Notes: generated by a model not told the origin, from the sequence alone. Numbered from the stretch's first letter, positions 1 through 10,912 are shown. The stretch: DNA of 64,000 nt from Bdellovibrionales bacterium (GCA_965203095.1 OZ241877.1:1664001-1728000); one strand, 5' to 3'. Made by a program: numbers and translations.

Positions 1-270
1 AATCAAGGTCAAACGCCCCTTCACCGTATTGTCTTTAGAGACAACTTGAATCTTAGGTTGATAGATCTTTTGTTGGAAAGCGGAGCTGATCTCAACATTC
101 AAGATAGAGATGGTCAAACTCCTATGCACTATTCTGCCTTAAGAGGAGATACAGATTGGTTGTTTCATATTTTGAATCAAAGAGAAGAAGCAAATCTCAA
201 TATTCGAGATAAATTTGGCAAAACACCTGAGGAATATATTACAACAGATTGCAGAGGATCTTTTATGTAG
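1..270 (+). CDS. Ankyrin-repeat protein, C-terminal part (starts before the window)
   Basis: Frame open from base 1: NQGQTPLH..., GADLNIQDRDGQTPMH, ANLNIRDKFGKTP ankyrin motifs; ends CRGSFM. Confidence 0.9.
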   Translation, partial: NQGQTPLHRIVFRDNLNLRLIDLLLESGADLNIQDRDGQTPMHYSALRGDTDWLFHILNQREEANLNIRDKFGKTPEEYITTDCRGSFM

Positions 271-375
271 ACACAAGTGGCTTTAAAAAACCAGTTCATC
301 ATTTTAAAATGAATAAGCTGTGGTTTTTTTCATTGGAGGACCCGGACAGGAAAGATATTTTAAGCAGAGTTTTTT

Positions 376-452
376 GCGGGTGTAGCTCAGCTGGCTAGAG
401 TGCAACCTTGCCAAGGTTGAGGCCGAGGGTTCGAATCCCTTCACCCGCTCCA
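376..452 (+). tRNA. tRNA-Gly (GCC)
   Basis: GCGGGTG acceptor pairs with CACCCGC; anticodon arm CAACC-TTGCCAA-GGTTG; TTCGAATC T-loop; CCA end. Confidence 0.97.
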
Positions 453-494
453 TTTTTCAAACCTCAATGTTTGCAGGAAAAATACCTTAAATTT

Positions 495-1808
495 TCATAG
501 CCATTCTTTTATTGGATTTTTTATAGAGCTTATTTTTTTTTGAATAAGCTCTTGGATAGTTTTTTGATTTTGAGTTTGCAAGCCAGAAAATGTTTCTTTC
601 ATAAGGCTGGAAAGAATCAAATTAAAAGCTTTAAAAGGATCTATTCCTCTGGATTGTAGGTAAAAGGCCAGCTCTTGGCTCTCTGTTGAAGGGGATACTG
701 TGGCCCCATGGCGAGCCTGAACATTATCCGCCGATATATCTAATTCCGGAAAAGCCACAGCCATAGCCCGATGGCCAAATAAAAAATTTTGACTCAACTG
801 CTCAGTGTCGGATTGCTGAGCTTTTTTTTGTATAGAGACAGAGCTTTGGAATATTTGTCGGGCCGAATCCAAAAGAAAAGATTTGTAAATTTGACGACTT
901 TTCCCCTTTTCCCCCTGAAGTGTGGCGGTCACATTGTGATCGGCATACTGCGACCCTTCAAGAAGACTTAAACCATTCACTTCTGAAGATGACTTCTCTG
1001 CTTGATCAACAGCACTCAGCCATCGGCTAATGCTCGCATTTAAACTCAGTGAAAAAAAACAGGCTTTGGCCCCTGGAGACAGGTGGGCAAAAAGCTGGTT
1101 TATCAGCATATCTTGCTCTCCCATCTGATCTGTTCGAATATGCTCTAATTGAGCTTTATCCCCTATATAACTGTCGGTTTGCATGTTTAAAAATAGAGGC
1201 TTTTTGTCCGGTCGGCTATAAAACAGCTCCACAATTTGAGCTTGAGCATTGTTTTCTAAAAAAATAAAATTTCTCAAATTCAAAGCTTGTGAGTTTTTAA
1301 GGCTGTTTTGAGTGTAATGAATTTCCAAAGGCTGTTTTAAGTTTTTTCTAATAATGAGGATCCAACCATGAGGATAAAAAGCATTGCTTAAGTGGCAAAA
1401 GGGGTTTCGTTGTTTTTTTAAAGTGCTGTGTATTTTTCCCCTTACAGAAGATTCCAGTTTTGTTTGAGAGGAGTAAAAATCTCTCCAAGGACAAAGCAAA
1501 ATGTCTTTTTCCTTTGAGAATGAGGGGAAAGGCTCACCATTTTGAACAGAGATCACCAGGGAAGAGGGGTTTACCGGAGAAAGGCTTTTTTTAGCTAAAG
1601 GCAGTTTAACTGCTTCAAAAACAAAATTTTGCCTCATCATTTTTTGGAAAGGGAAATGCCTCCAGCTTTCTTTTTTTTTAGAGAAAAAATCCAGCTGTTT
1701 CAAATAAAGTTGTGATTGTGTTTCAAAAAGATTCGGGACTTCTTTTTTTGAGGGAAAAGTAAGCCAGCCCTTTTTAAATTCTGCTTGTGTTTTAGGAAAG
1801 CCAATCAT
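495..1808 (-). CDS. sufD: Fe-S cluster assembly protein SufD
   Basis: ESWRHF, PELDISADNVQARHGATV, FYLQSRGI; follows sufBC. Start taken at the internal ATG 1808. Confidence 0.9.
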   Translation of the reverse strand: MIGFPKTQAEFKKGWLTFPSKKEVPNLFETQSQLYLKQLDFFSKKKESWRHFPFQKMMRQNFVFEAVKLPLAKKSLSPVNPSSLVISVQNGEPFPSFSKEKDILLCPWRDFYSSQTKLESSVRGKIHSTLKKQRNPFCHLSNAFYPHGWILIIRKNLKQPLEIHYTQNSLKNSQALNLRNFIFLENNAQAQIVELFYSRPDKKPLFLNMQTDSYIGDKAQLEHIRTDQMGEQDMLINQLFAHLSPGAKACFFSLSLNASISRWLSAVDQAEKSSSEVNGLSLLEGSQYADHNVTATLQGEKGKSRQIYKSFLLDSARQIFQSSVSIQKKAQQSDTEQLSQNFLFGHRAMAVAFPELDISADNVQARHGATVSPSTESQELAFYLQSRGIDPFKAFNLILSSLMKETFSGLQTQNQKTIQELIQKKISSIKNPIKEWL

Positions 1809-2541
1809 AGCCTTGTGCTGAAATTTTTTTTGAGAGAGATTGATCACCACTCTTTTTAATTTGCCCATCAATCATTATATGAACAAAGTCCGGCGGGACC
1901 AACTCCAACAAATGATGATAGTGGGTAATGATAAGCAAGCTTTTATCTTTAGACCGGAACTGATTTAAGCCCTTAGCCATTTTTTGAATGGAATCCACAT
2001 CCAATCCCGAATCGGTTTCGTCTAAAATGGATAAACGAGGGGAGAGAAGTAATATTTGCAGGATTTCGTTTTGCTTTTTTTCCCCCCCGGAAAAGCCTTC
2101 GTTGAGGTTTCGTTTTAAAAAATCCTCATTTATCCCTAAACTTTTGGTTTTTTGGAAAAGCAGTTTTTCAAAATCTTTGTCAGACATAGCGGGAATGCCC
2201 TGTTGCTTGCATATAGAGTTAAAGGCTGTTTTTAAAAACTCCATATTATTTAAACCGGGAACCTCTACAGGATATTGAAAGGCCATAAATATTCCCTCTT
2301 TGGCCCGATCGGAAACAGTTAAGGACAATAGGTCTTTTTCCTTCCAATGAGTTTCATATAAAACCCGACCATCTGAAATCTCATACCGAGGATCCCCGGC
2401 CAGAATTTTAGCTAAAGTGCTTTTCCCGGAACCGTTAGGCCCCATGATGGCATGGGTTTCCCCTTCTTTTATTTGCAAATCAATCCCTTTTAAAATAGGT
2501 TCTCCCTCTATATTAACCTTTAAATTTTGAATTTTTAACAT
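1792..2541 (-). CDS. sufC: Fe-S cluster assembly ATPase SufC
   Basis: MGPNGSGKST, LNEGFSGGEKK, LDETDSGLDVD. Confidence 0.97.
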   Translation of the reverse strand: MLKIQNLKVNIEGEPILKGIDLQIKEGETHAIMGPNGSGKSTLAKILAGDPRYEISDGRVLYETHWKEKDLLSLTVSDRAKEGIFMAFQYPVEVPGLNNMEFLKTAFNSICKQQGIPAMSDKDFEKLLFQKTKSLGINEDFLKRNLNEGFSGGEKKQNEILQILLLSPRLSILDETDSGLDVDSIQKMAKGLNQFRSKDKSLLIITHYHHLLELVPPDFVHIMIDGQIKKSGDQSLSKKISAQGYDWLS

Positions 2542-2548
2542 GAAAGTT

Positions 2549-3970
2549 TCAACCAATGCTGTTTTCTAACTTCATTTCAATCAGCTTGACGGCTTCTACG
2601 GAAAACTCCAAAGGCAGTTGTTTAAAAACCTCTTTACAAAAGCCATTGACGATTAAAGAGACAGCCTGCTCTGCACTCAAGCCTCTGGATTGCAGGTAAA
2701 AAAGCTGTTCTTCACTTAAGCGAGAGGTAGAGGCTTCGTGCTCTACAATGGCTGAGGGGTTTTGGGCTGAAATTATAGGGAGAGTTTTCGCTTTAGCCGA
2801 ATCTCCCACTAACATGGAATCGCATTGGCTGTAATTCCTGGCCCCTTTAGCTGAGGAATGAATTTTGACAAGGCCCCTATAAGCATTAACCGACTCGTTA
2901 GAGGAAATCCCTTTGGACAAGATAAGGCTTTTTGTATTTTTGCCCAAGTGAATCATTTTTGTTCCCGTATCGGCTTGCATTTTATCATGTGTAAGGGCTA
3001 CAGAATAAAAACGACCCTCCGAACGATCGCCTTTTAAAATACAGCTGGGATATTTCCATGTAATGGCAGAGCCAGCTTCTACTTGTGTCCATGAAATTTT
3101 GGAATCACTTCCCTGGCAAAGCCCTCTTTTAGTGACAAAGTTATAAACGCCCCCTCGGCCCTCTTTATTTCCGGAATACCAGTTTTGGACAGTGGAATAT
3201 CTGATCTCTGCCCTGTGTTTAGCAATAAGCTCCACCACGGCTGCATGAAGTTGATTGTTGTCGCGGATAGGGGCTGTGCAACCTTCCAGATAGTTGACAT
3301 AAGAGCCTTCCTCAGCAATGAGTAAAGTTCTTTCAAATTGCCCTGTTTCCCCCTGATTGATACGAAAGTAAGTGGAGAGATCTAAAGGGCAACGAGTGTT
3401 TTTAGGGATAAAGCAAAACGAACCATCTGTCCAAACCGCACTGTTCAGGCAGGCAAAAAAGTTATCTTTATAGGGGACTACAGTGCCGATATATTTTTTC
3501 ACTAACTGAGGATGATTTTGGATAGCTGAGGAGATGGAACAAAAAATAATACCTAATTTTTTCAATTTGTCTTCATGAGTTGTGGCGATGGAGACACTGT
3601 CAAAAACAGCATCCACAGCCACCCCGGCCAGCCTTTTTTGTTCTGAAAGGGGAATGCCTAACTTTTCAAAAGTCTCTAAAAGGCGAGGATCCACCTCATC
3701 CATGCTGGAGAGTTTTTTTTGAGGGGCTGGGGCCGAGTAATACCTCATATCCTGATAGTTAATGGGTGGGTATTTGAGCTTAGCCCAGTCCGGCTCTTTC
3801 ATGTTGAGCCACTGCCTATAGGCTTTTATCCTCAAATCCAAAACCCAATGAGGTTCTTTTTTTTTGGCAGAGAGAGCCTCTATGATTCCTTCGTTTAAGC
3901 CCTTAGGCAGGCTGTCTGAAGGGACATCACTTACAAAACCGTATTTGTATTCTTTTTGTTGAGCTGACAT
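2549..3970 (-). CDS. sufB: Fe-S cluster assembly protein SufB
   Basis: [37 protein letters not shown]. Confidence 0.98.
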   Translation of the reverse strand: MSAQQKEYKYGFVSDVPSDSLPKGLNEGIIEALSAKKKEPHWVLDLRIKAYRQWLNMKEPDWAKLKYPPINYQDMRYYSAPAPQKKLSSMDEVDPRLLETFEKLGIPLSEQKRLAGVAVDAVFDSVSIATTHEDKLKKLGIIFCSISSAIQNHPQLVKKYIGTVVPYKDNFFACLNSAVWTDGSFCFIPKNTRCPLDLSTYFRINQGETGQFERTLLIAEEGSYVNYLEGCTAPIRDNNQLHAAVVELIAKHRAEIRYSTVQNWYSGNKEGRGGVYNFVTKRGLCQGSDSKISWTQVEAGSAITWKYPSCILKGDRSEGRFYSVALTHDKMQADTGTKMIHLGKNTKSLILSKGISSNESVNAYRGLVKIHSSAKGARNYSQCDSMLVGDSAKAKTLPIISAQNPSAIVEHEASTSRLSEEQLFYLQSRGLSAEQAVSLIVNGFCKEVFKQLPLEFSVEAVKLIEMKLENSIG

Positions 3971-4097
3971 ATTTCTCTTCCATTATAATAAAGAGGGAAA
4001 GCCTAAGCCTCTATTATTAAATACAGGCTTTTTCACAGTTTATTATTATATGAGCTTTTGAAGAATAGTCAAACATTCATTTATAAAAACTAAAAGC

Positions 4098-6707
4098 TCA
4101 GTTGTGCTGGGCCATAAACCAATTTTTTCCTATGGATAGATTCACTTTTAAAGGGACAGTCAAAACTTCGTTTTTTTCCATAATAGGGACAATCTCTTGA
4201 GATTCGGCCATGACTTGCTCTGTAGGGCATTCAAATAAAAGCTCATCATGTATTTGGGACAAAATGGGAATGGGCAAACTCTCATTGAGGGCAATCATGG
4301 CTTTTTTTATTAAGTCGCTGGCTGTCCCTTGTAAAGGGGCGTTAATACCCGCTCGCTCCACAGCCGCTCTTCTCCTTGGATTTTGCAAATCCGCTGGCCG
4401 GAAAAACCGTTTTCGCCCATAAAGGCTTTGAACATAGTTTTTTTTAGGCAATTCCTCCTTTGTCGTTTCAATATAATCCTTAATTTTTTTAAATTTTTTA
4501 AAGTAATTTTCTATAATCTCTTTGGCCTCTGATCGAGGGATGGAAAGGCTTTCCGAAAGGCCATAAGCCCCTTGCCCATAAGCAATACCAAAATTTACCG
4601 CTTTGCTTTTCCTTCTCAAATCAGAAGAGAGATCCTTTAAAGGCACATTAAAGATCTCACTGGCTGTGATAGCATGAATATCTAAATCCTCCTCAAAGGC
4701 TTTGCAGAGGCTTTCGTCCTTTGTGATATGGGCCAAAATACGGAGTTCCACTTGAGAATAATCCGCACAGATGAGGCTATTCCCCTCCTGAGCCAAAAAA
4801 GCCTTTCGGATCAACTGGCCCCTTTGCGTGCGAAGGGGAATATTTTGCAAATTGGGCTTTAAGCTGGAAAGTCGCCCTGTCACAGTGCCTGCTTGCCGGA
4901 AGTTTGTGTAGATTCGCCCTGTTTTTTCATCCCTGAGGGAGAGGAGGTTGTTTGTATAAGTGCTCTTTAGTTTAAAAAGCTCTCTGTGTTCTAAAATCAG
5001 AGGTAAAATAGGGTGAAGGTTTCTGATTTTTAAAAGTTCATGGCCATCTGTAGAATAGCCCGTTTTAATTTTTCGCCCTCGTGGAAGATTTAGTTTTGTA
5101 AACAAAACTTCATTCAACTGCTTATGGCTTAAGAGGTTAAACTTCTCTCCCGCCAGTTTGTGAATTTGAAACTCTAACTCCTCAATGTCCCGTCCCAAGC
5201 TTGTGGATTGCTTTTCAATCTCCTTAAAATCTAAAAGAAGGCCCTGCCTTTCCATATCATATAAAACGGCGATAAGGGGCAACTCTATGTCTTCAAAAAG
5301 AGTGAGCATCTCCTCTTTTTGAAGGGATAGGAAAAGTTTTTCCCTCAGTTTTTGTTGGTAAAACAAAGTTTGAGGGAGGTTTGGATCCTCTTCTTCCGGA
5401 ATATTCAGATGGATCTGGAAAAGGCTTTTAAGCGAAGGAGTGACTGCGGAATTTATAAGATGCCCGGCAATCATGGAATCCCATTCCGCTACAGGGTGCT
5501 CAATTTTTAGTTTTTTCCAAAGAAACTTTAAGTCATGACCAGAGTAGCGGACCCACTTATAGTCCAAAAAATCAGCCCAACTTTTAAGCTCTCCTGCTGT
5601 TAACAAAACAAAATATTTCCCATAGCTGAGGTAAAGCTGATTTTGGTATTCGCCTATTCCAACGGAGCTATAAGGAGGCAATTTATTTTTAAAATCCTCC
5701 ACTGCCTGTTGTTTCATTTTGAAGGTTTTTGGTTCTTGTTTTGATGAGTTGTTTTGAGACACAAGAACCAGTCTTTTAGGCTCCTTATAAGAGCCTTCTA
5801 AGGGTTTAGGCGACTCGGTTTTGACCGGAAAAAAATCCCTCATAAAGGACTTAAAACCCAGTTCTTCCAAAAAACTCTTAAGGGCTTGTTTACAGCTCAA
5901 GGACAGTTCGGAGATAGGCACTCGCCGGGTATCCTCTATATCCCTATCCCAAACAATATCCGCCTTTAAGGATATAAGCTGGCGAGACAAAAAGGCATTT
6001 TCCCGATCTTTCACAAGTTTTTTTCTAAGAGCTGGCTGAAGGTAATCAATGTGCTTGTAAATCCCCTCTAAGTTGTTGTAACTTTTTAGGAGTTGGCAGG
6101 CCCCTTTAGGCCCAATGCCCTTCACTCCGGGAATATTGTCACTGGAATCTCCTGTTAAGGAGAGATAATCTTGCATTTGCAGGGGGCTGAGTCCCCATTT
6201 TTCCTCCACACCGGAGGGGTCGTAAATGATCTCTTTCATTGTGTCATAAAGAAAAACATGGGAATCCACTAATTGAGCGAAATCTTTATCCCCACTGACA
6301 ATATAGATCTGCCAGCCTTTGCCTTTACTGATATGGGTTAAAGAGGCGATAAGGTCGTCTGCCTCAAACCCCGGCTTTTCCCAAAAAGGGATGCTTAGGC
6401 AGTTCATCATTTTTTTTAAATAGGGGACTTGAACTTCTAAATCTTCCGGCATTTCCCCCCGATGGGCTTTATATGCCGGGTAAATTTGTTTTCTAAAAGA
6501 AGGAGTTTTGCTGTCAAAACAGGATACAATATAGTCTGGAGCTTTTTTCCGGCAGAGTTGTTGAATCATTTTTAAAACCCCATAAAGAGCATTTGTGGGT
6601 TGGCCTTTTTCGTTTTTCATGTTTGTGGGGATGGCGTAATAGGATCGAAAAAACAAAGAGCTGATATCTATCAGGTAAAGTGAGGGGTTAAAAGAGACTA
6701 ACTTCAT
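4098..6707 (-). CDS. polA: DNA polymerase I
   Basis: 5'-3' exonuclease (EADDLI, GDSSDNIPGVKGIG) and polymerase motifs (TGRLSS, DYSQVELR, KAVNFGIAYG, QIHDEL); the middle 3'-5' exonuclease region looks shortened. Confidence 0.97.
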   Translation of the reverse strand: MKLVSFNPSLYLIDISSLFFRSYYAIPTNMKNEKGQPTNALYGVLKMIQQLCRKKAPDYIVSCFDSKTPSFRKQIYPAYKAHRGEMPEDLEVQVPYLKKMMNCLSIPFWEKPGFEADDLIASLTHISKGKGWQIYIVSGDKDFAQLVDSHVFLYDTMKEIIYDPSGVEEKWGLSPLQMQDYLSLTGDSSDNIPGVKGIGPKGACQLLKSYNNLEGIYKHIDYLQPALRKKLVKDRENAFLSRQLISLKADIVWDRDIEDTRRVPISELSLSCKQALKSFLEELGFKSFMRDFFPVKTESPKPLEGSYKEPKRLVLVSQNNSSKQEPKTFKMKQQAVEDFKNKLPPYSSVGIGEYQNQLYLSYGKYFVLLTAGELKSWADFLDYKWVRYSGHDLKFLWKKLKIEHPVAEWDSMIAGHLINSAVTPSLKSLFQIHLNIPEEEDPNLPQTLFYQQKLREKLFLSLQKEEMLTLFEDIELPLIAVLYDMERQGLLLDFKEIEKQSTSLGRDIEELEFQIHKLAGEKFNLLSHKQLNEVLFTKLNLPRGRKIKTGYSTDGHELLKIRNLHPILPLILEHRELFKLKSTYTNNLLSLRDEKTGRIYTNFRQAGTVTGRLSSLKPNLQNIPLRTQRGQLIRKAFLAQEGNSLICADYSQVELRILAHITKDESLCKAFEEDLDIHAITASEIFNVPLKDLSSDLRRKSKAVNFGIAYGQGAYGLSESLSIPRSEAKEIIENYFKKFKKIKDYIETTKEELPKKNYVQSLYGRKRFFRPADLQNPRRRAAVERAGINAPLQGTASDLIKKAMIALNESLPIPILSQIHDELLFECPTEQVMAESQEIVPIMEKNEVLTVPLKVNLSIGKNWFMAQHN

Positions 6708-6759
6708 CCTATAAAAACTACTCAACTCAGACGATAAAGAACAGAGTTGTCTCTTAGTG

Positions 6760-7014
6760 TCATAAAGTTTTTTTATCTTGTTTATTCACTTGTTTATTCA
6801 AAAGGGTCTCATACAATCTGTCAAAACGATCGCTTAACCTTTCTATCTTCTTATTTGTGTCCCCTATGTGATTATCTAACTTTGCATTTATCTGGCTTAT
6901 GTCTTTTGACACCCCATTCAGTTTAAAAAACATAACCCCCATAAGAATAAGCAAAATCAATGAAAAGAGAACTCCTTGCTCTAAAAGTATAAAAAAGCTT
7001 GTGATTTTTTCCAT
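6760..7014 (-). CDS. Small membrane-anchored coiled-coil protein
   Basis: One hydrophobic helix followed by a heptad-like segment DISQINAKLD...RFDRLYETLL. Confidence 0.6.
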   Translation of the reverse strand: MEKITSFFILLEQGVLFSLILLILMGVMFFKLNGVSKDISQINAKLDNHIGDTNKKIERLSDRFDRLYETLLNKQVNKQDKKTL

Positions 7015-7171
7015 AATAACAGCATAAGGCTTTAGTTTAATACCTGTCAAGGTTTTTTCCAAAAAAAAGTCCGATTTTGAGCAAAAAAACCCAGGAAATA
7101 TGGAGGGGCCAGCAAAAAAAACTTCATGAGGTTTTGGGCAAAAACAGTTGTTTGCAGGTGATCAGTGAGTT

Positions 7172-7759
7172 TTATTTTGTGGGAGGGCCTAATAAAGGAT
7201 AATTCCAATGGGACAATTGCTGAATCACGGAAATAAGAGGTAGGCCCTCAATAGAGTAAAAATCCTCTGTTTGTATTTTTTCAAACAGCTGGATACCTTT
7301 AGACTCTATGTGATAACTCCCCGCACTTTTTAAAGGTTTTTCGCTCAAAACATAGTTCTTGATCTGTTTTAAACTTAAGTGCCGCATGCTCAACCGGCTT
7401 TTAATTAAACGGGAAAAACTTTTTTGGCCCCAAAGTATGTAAAGCCCACTCAAAAGGCAGTGGGTTTTACCCTGTAGTTGTATTAAAGTCTCTATAGCCT
7501 TTTTTGTGGTGTGAGCTTTACCAAAGAGTTGCCCCTCATGCAAAACCATTTGATCGCAAGCAATAATGATTTCTTTTTCATAAAGTGTTTGGGCTTTAAG
7601 GGCTTTTTGCCGGGCAATTTCTATACAAGAGTTTTCTGGTTTTTTATGATTGAGGAACAGCTCTTCATCAATATTAGGGGCAAAACTTGTAAAAACAAAG
7701 CCGGCTTGGGCCAACAACCTTTTCCTGCTGGGGGATTGGCTGGCTAAAATGATTTTCAT
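7172..7759 (-). CDS. maf: Maf family nucleotide pyrophosphatase (YceF-like)
   Basis: IILASQSPSRK, ACDQ, GK, SAGSYHIE, IEGLP. Confidence 0.92.
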   Translation of the reverse strand: MKIILASQSPSRKRLLAQAGFVFTSFAPNIDEELFLNHKKPENSCIEIARQKALKAQTLYEKEIIIACDQMVLHEGQLFGKAHTTKKAIETLIQLQGKTHCLLSGLYILWGQKSFSRLIKSRLSMRHLSLKQIKNYVLSEKPLKSAGSYHIESKGIQLFEKIQTEDFYSIEGLPLISVIQQLSHWNYPLLGPPTK

Positions 7760-8087
7760 TGGATGAAGCCCTTCTTGCAAACACAATTTTACAGACAAAT
7801 AAGCTTGTTTATATTATGAGAGCTTTTTTGTTGTCAAGGGCGGGAGGAGCTTATCCTGCCTTTGTTGTGGAAAGGTTTTTCCGACTTGTCCATCTTTTCC
7901 GCAAAGTTTTGTCTAAAAGAGTGATAAAGCAGGTTGTAAAGTTATGCAGGACAGGCATTTAAAAACACTTCCCGGCGAAAGGCCAGTTTTTTGAATCTAT
8001 TGGATCTTTTCTATCCTCCTTTAAAAAAGGAAAGCTAAACTGAGCTTGTCAAAGGCAGTTCATTAAACTCACTCACAGAGGGCTAAA

Positions 8088-8792
8088 ATGTTTACAAAAA
8101 ACAAGCCAGTTTTAATTACCTTTAATTTTATTTTATTACTACTATTCAGTGCTTGTTCTTTACTTTCAGCTAAAAATAAGCAGAACAAAGCAAAAGATTT
8201 TCGTGAGCTATCTTCTTCCAGTCATCCATCAGTTTGCCATCAGAACAATTATAAAGAGTATATCTTCGATTTTGAAAAAACAGAGAACTTGATAAAGAGA
8301 ACCCTTAGAGGTTGCAATTTGCAAAAGATCAATTTACAAGGGGCTTTTTTGCAAGGAGCTTTTTTGCAAAGGGCGAATTTAAAAGGGGCAGTTTTACAAA
8401 AGGCGAATTTGTATGGTGCCAACTTACAAAGGGCGGATTTACGAGAAGCTTATCTTCAAGAGGCGAATCTGCAAGGGGCTTTTTTGCAAGGGGCAGTTTT
8501 GCAAAAGGCAAAGTTGGAATCAGCAAATTTACAATGGGCGGATTTGCGAAAGGTGTATTTAAAAGAGGCCCAATTACAAAAAGCCAATCTGGAAGAAGCT
8601 GTTTTGCGAGAGGCTTATTTGCGATGGGCGGATTTTCAATCAGCAAATTTGCAAAAGGCAAATTTGCAAAAGGCGGATTTGCGAGATGCGAGTTTTCGAA
8701 AGGCGAATTTACAAAATGCATATTTAAAAGGGGTTATTTATAATGATCAGACATCTTTCCCATTTAATTTTGACAAAAACAGATTGAAATAA
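8088..8792 (+). CDS. Pentapeptide-repeat lipoprotein
   Basis: Lipobox LFSAC followed by about 28 A(N/D/F)Lxx pentapeptides. Confidence 0.9.
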   Translation: MFTKNKPVLITFNFILLLLFSACSLLSAKNKQNKAKDFRELSSSSHPSVCHQNNYKEYIFDFEKTENLIKRTLRGCNLQKINLQGAFLQGAFLQRANLKGAVLQKANLYGANLQRADLREAYLQEANLQGAFLQGAVLQKAKLESANLQWADLRKVYLKEAQLQKANLEEAVLREAYLRWADFQSANLQKANLQKADLRDASFRKANLQNAYLKGVIYNDQTSFPFNFDKNRLK

Positions 8793-8793
8793 A

Positions 8794-8950
8794 TAGTTGT
8801 CCGTGAAAAACCTTTGTTTTTTAACTTTTTTTGTCCAAAGGACCATTCCATTTCGGGACGGCAATACCTTGGACCCTCATGGAATGGCCTTTGGACAAAA
8901 TCAGGAAAAAGAAGATGAGGCTTTTTGTCCAGCTTTTTCACGGACGACTA
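8794..8950. repeat. Miniature TIR element with internal long hairpin (family A)
   Basis: 17-bp TIR TAGTTGTCCGTGAAAAA / TTTTTCACGGACGACTA (16/17 match); internal 22-bp stem enclosing TTCGGGACGGCAATACCTTGGACCCTC. Confidence 0.8.
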
Positions 8951-9228
8951 AATAGTCTAAAACTGTATTCCCGTTATGAATCTTTAACTCATGTTCATTT
9001 AAAATGTTCATTTAAATCTGCTGTTAATTTTTTGAACAGTTTTTTTAAGCTTGTGTCAAAACCCTTAGTTGTTTGGCCTCTCAGTTCCTGTTTTTATTGA
9101 GAAAAAATCAAAAATCCCTTATTTATATACTTGTCGGCAAAGGCATTTTTGAAAAACTTAAAATGGTTTTTTAAATTTGTCTAAAACTTGAAAACAGGTT
9201 TGTTAAACAAAATAAAAAGGAGGTTAAA

Positions 9229-10173
9229 ATGATTTTTTTGCAAGCCGGACAAAACCAAATGGATTTGGGTGATCATTTTGAGGATGTGGAAAAAGCACCG
9301 GGATCCGTTTTTATAGCCAAGTCACCGGCTATGAGGTCCATTTATAGGAAAATAGAAGAGATAGCCAGTTCCTCTACTCCTGTTCTTATTTTAGGAGCTG
9401 ATGGGACAGGCCGGAGCACAACAGCCCATGAGATCTTTAATAAAGATATCGAGTCCCATTCATTTAAAAAGCTGTCCTGCCATAAGTTGGACAAAAGCTG
9501 TATTGATGAAAAGTTATTTGGTTCTGAATTTTCAAAAGGTCTTTTGGACTTTGATCGAGGACATACTCTATTTATAAAAGGCTTGGACTGTTGGTCTCCC
9601 ATTTTGCAGAAACGGTTTTTATCCTGGCTTTTAAACCAAAGTCAAAAAGGCCCTCGTTTGATTTTTTCTGCTAAAGAGGATCTATTTGAGGATGTTCAGT
9701 CGGGCCGTTTTTCCAGGGAGCTGTTTGGAGTTTTAAGTCAAAGCCTTTTGGCTCTCCCTTTGCTTTCTGAAAGGACAGAAGGGATTCCCCTATTTATCTC
9801 TTTGTTTAACCGGCAAAATGACTTTAAAGGTCGCCTCAGCTCAAAGGCTTTGCAGGCCATGAAGTTTTATCCTTATGGAGGGAATATTAAAGAGCTGAGT
9901 CATATTTGCTTACAAATGGCTGTTTCATATATGGATAAAGAAATCATTACAGAGGAGGATTTAGCTATGATTCATAAAAAAATAGAAAAACCAGTAGAGG
10001 GCAAGCATATCAAATACAACCCTCATCTGTCTTTAGAGCAGATGGTCAACAGTTATATACAAATGTCTTTAAATCACTTTCAATCAAAAAAGAAAAGTGC
10101 TGAGGCTTTGGGCATTTCTGTAAAAACCATTTACAATAAAATAAAGACAGGTGTTATAGTTTGCTCTGAGTGA
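9229..10173 (+). CDS. NtrC/Fis-family AAA+ regulator with degenerate ATPase motifs
   Basis: PVLILGADGTGRS, LFG, YPYGGNIKEL, C-terminal Fis HTH (KSAEALGISVKTIYNK); no GAFTGA. Confidence 0.85.
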   Translation: MIFLQAGQNQMDLGDHFEDVEKAPGSVFIAKSPAMRSIYRKIEEIASSSTPVLILGADGTGRSTTAHEIFNKDIESHSFKKLSCHKLDKSCIDEKLFGSEFSKGLLDFDRGHTLFIKGLDCWSPILQKRFLSWLLNQSQKGPRLIFSAKEDLFEDVQSGRFSRELFGVLSQSLLALPLLSERTEGIPLFISLFNRQNDFKGRLSSKALQAMKFYPYGGNIKELSHICLQMAVSYMDKEIITEEDLAMIHKKIEKPVEGKHIKYNPHLSLEQMVNSYIQMSLNHFQSKKKSAEALGISVKTIYNKIKTGVIVCSE

Positions 10174-10327
10174 TATAATGATCAGTTTTTTACGCTCAAC
10201 AAATCTATTTGTTAGTGGCCCGTGAAAAACCTTATCCAAAAGCCGGGAGCTTTTGGATAAATTTACGGGAGATTATCTCAATCTGCAAATACATATAGCG
10301 AAAGAGAGAGGTTTTTTAAGATGAGAG

Positions 10328-10747
10328 CTAAAATAAACCCTCATCGTCCCCTTCTTCATCATCTAAATCTTCAAGACTGTCAAAAGGATCTTCAAAACTC
10401 ATGTCCCCTTCCTCCTCATCATCTTCATTGGGAGGGTAGTCATTGTCTTTAAAAGATTCGAAACGGCCTTCTTCTTCATCATCCTCAAAATCTTGCTCTT
10501 CGTCTTCAAAGCCCTCATATTGCTCTTTATCTTCTGAAAAATTTTTATCAAAAGCTTTTGGACTGGTGTCAGACAGGCCATGAGATAATAAGTTCTGTCT
10601 CATTTTTGTTTTTTTGGCCTTTGCTTTTTTAGAGCTTTTTTTCTTATAGCTGGGCTTTTTTTTAGCTGTTGCTTTTTTAGAGCTTTTTTTTGGTAAAGGT
10701 TTAATGTTTTTTCTTTTTTTAACTGGTTTTTTAACGGTTTTTTTCAT
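10328..10747 (-). CDS. Low-complexity protein, Lys-rich N-half and Asp/Glu-rich C-half
   Basis: AGGAG RBS upstream; strongly bipolar composition. Confidence 0.7.
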   Translation of the reverse strand: MKKTVKKPVKKRKNIKPLPKKSSKKATAKKKPSYKKKSSKKAKAKKTKMRQNLLSHGLSDTSPKAFDKNFSEDKEQYEGFEDEEQDFEDDEEEGRFESFKDNDYPPNEDDEEEGDMSFEDPFDSLEDLDDEEGDDEGLF

Positions 10748-10777
10748 TTAGGAAACTCCTTACTTTTGGCCCTCAAT

Positions 10778-10912
10778 CAGCCTCCCGTGAAAAAGCTCTG
10801 TAATTTCACAGCAAAGCAAAAACTCTGCGGTGAGTATCCAAAGTGCTCTGCCCCGCACAAGCAGAGCTTTTACTTATGCGATCTCTAAAGACAGACTTTT
10901 CACAGGCCACTA
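10778..10912. repeat. Family A element, degenerate, loop in reverse orientation
   Basis: CCCGTGAAAAAG ... CTTTTCACAGGCCACTA ends; inner stem; loop TGAGTATCCAAAGTGCTCTGCCCCG resembles the reverse complement of the conserved loop. Confidence 0.6.

Noticed and set aside
376..452. tRNA-Gly as an island integration site
   Set aside because: I saw no repeat of its 3' end and no integrase in the window
8312..8743. Alternative-frame ORFs over the pentapeptide genes (also 8329-8721, 16353-16838, 16478-16684)
   Set aside because: Shadow frames produced by 15-bp periodicity
8747..9100. Short ORFs at 8747-8941, 8831-9100, 23329-23550 and 56349-56571
   Set aside because: They run through non-coding repeat elements and show no protein-like features
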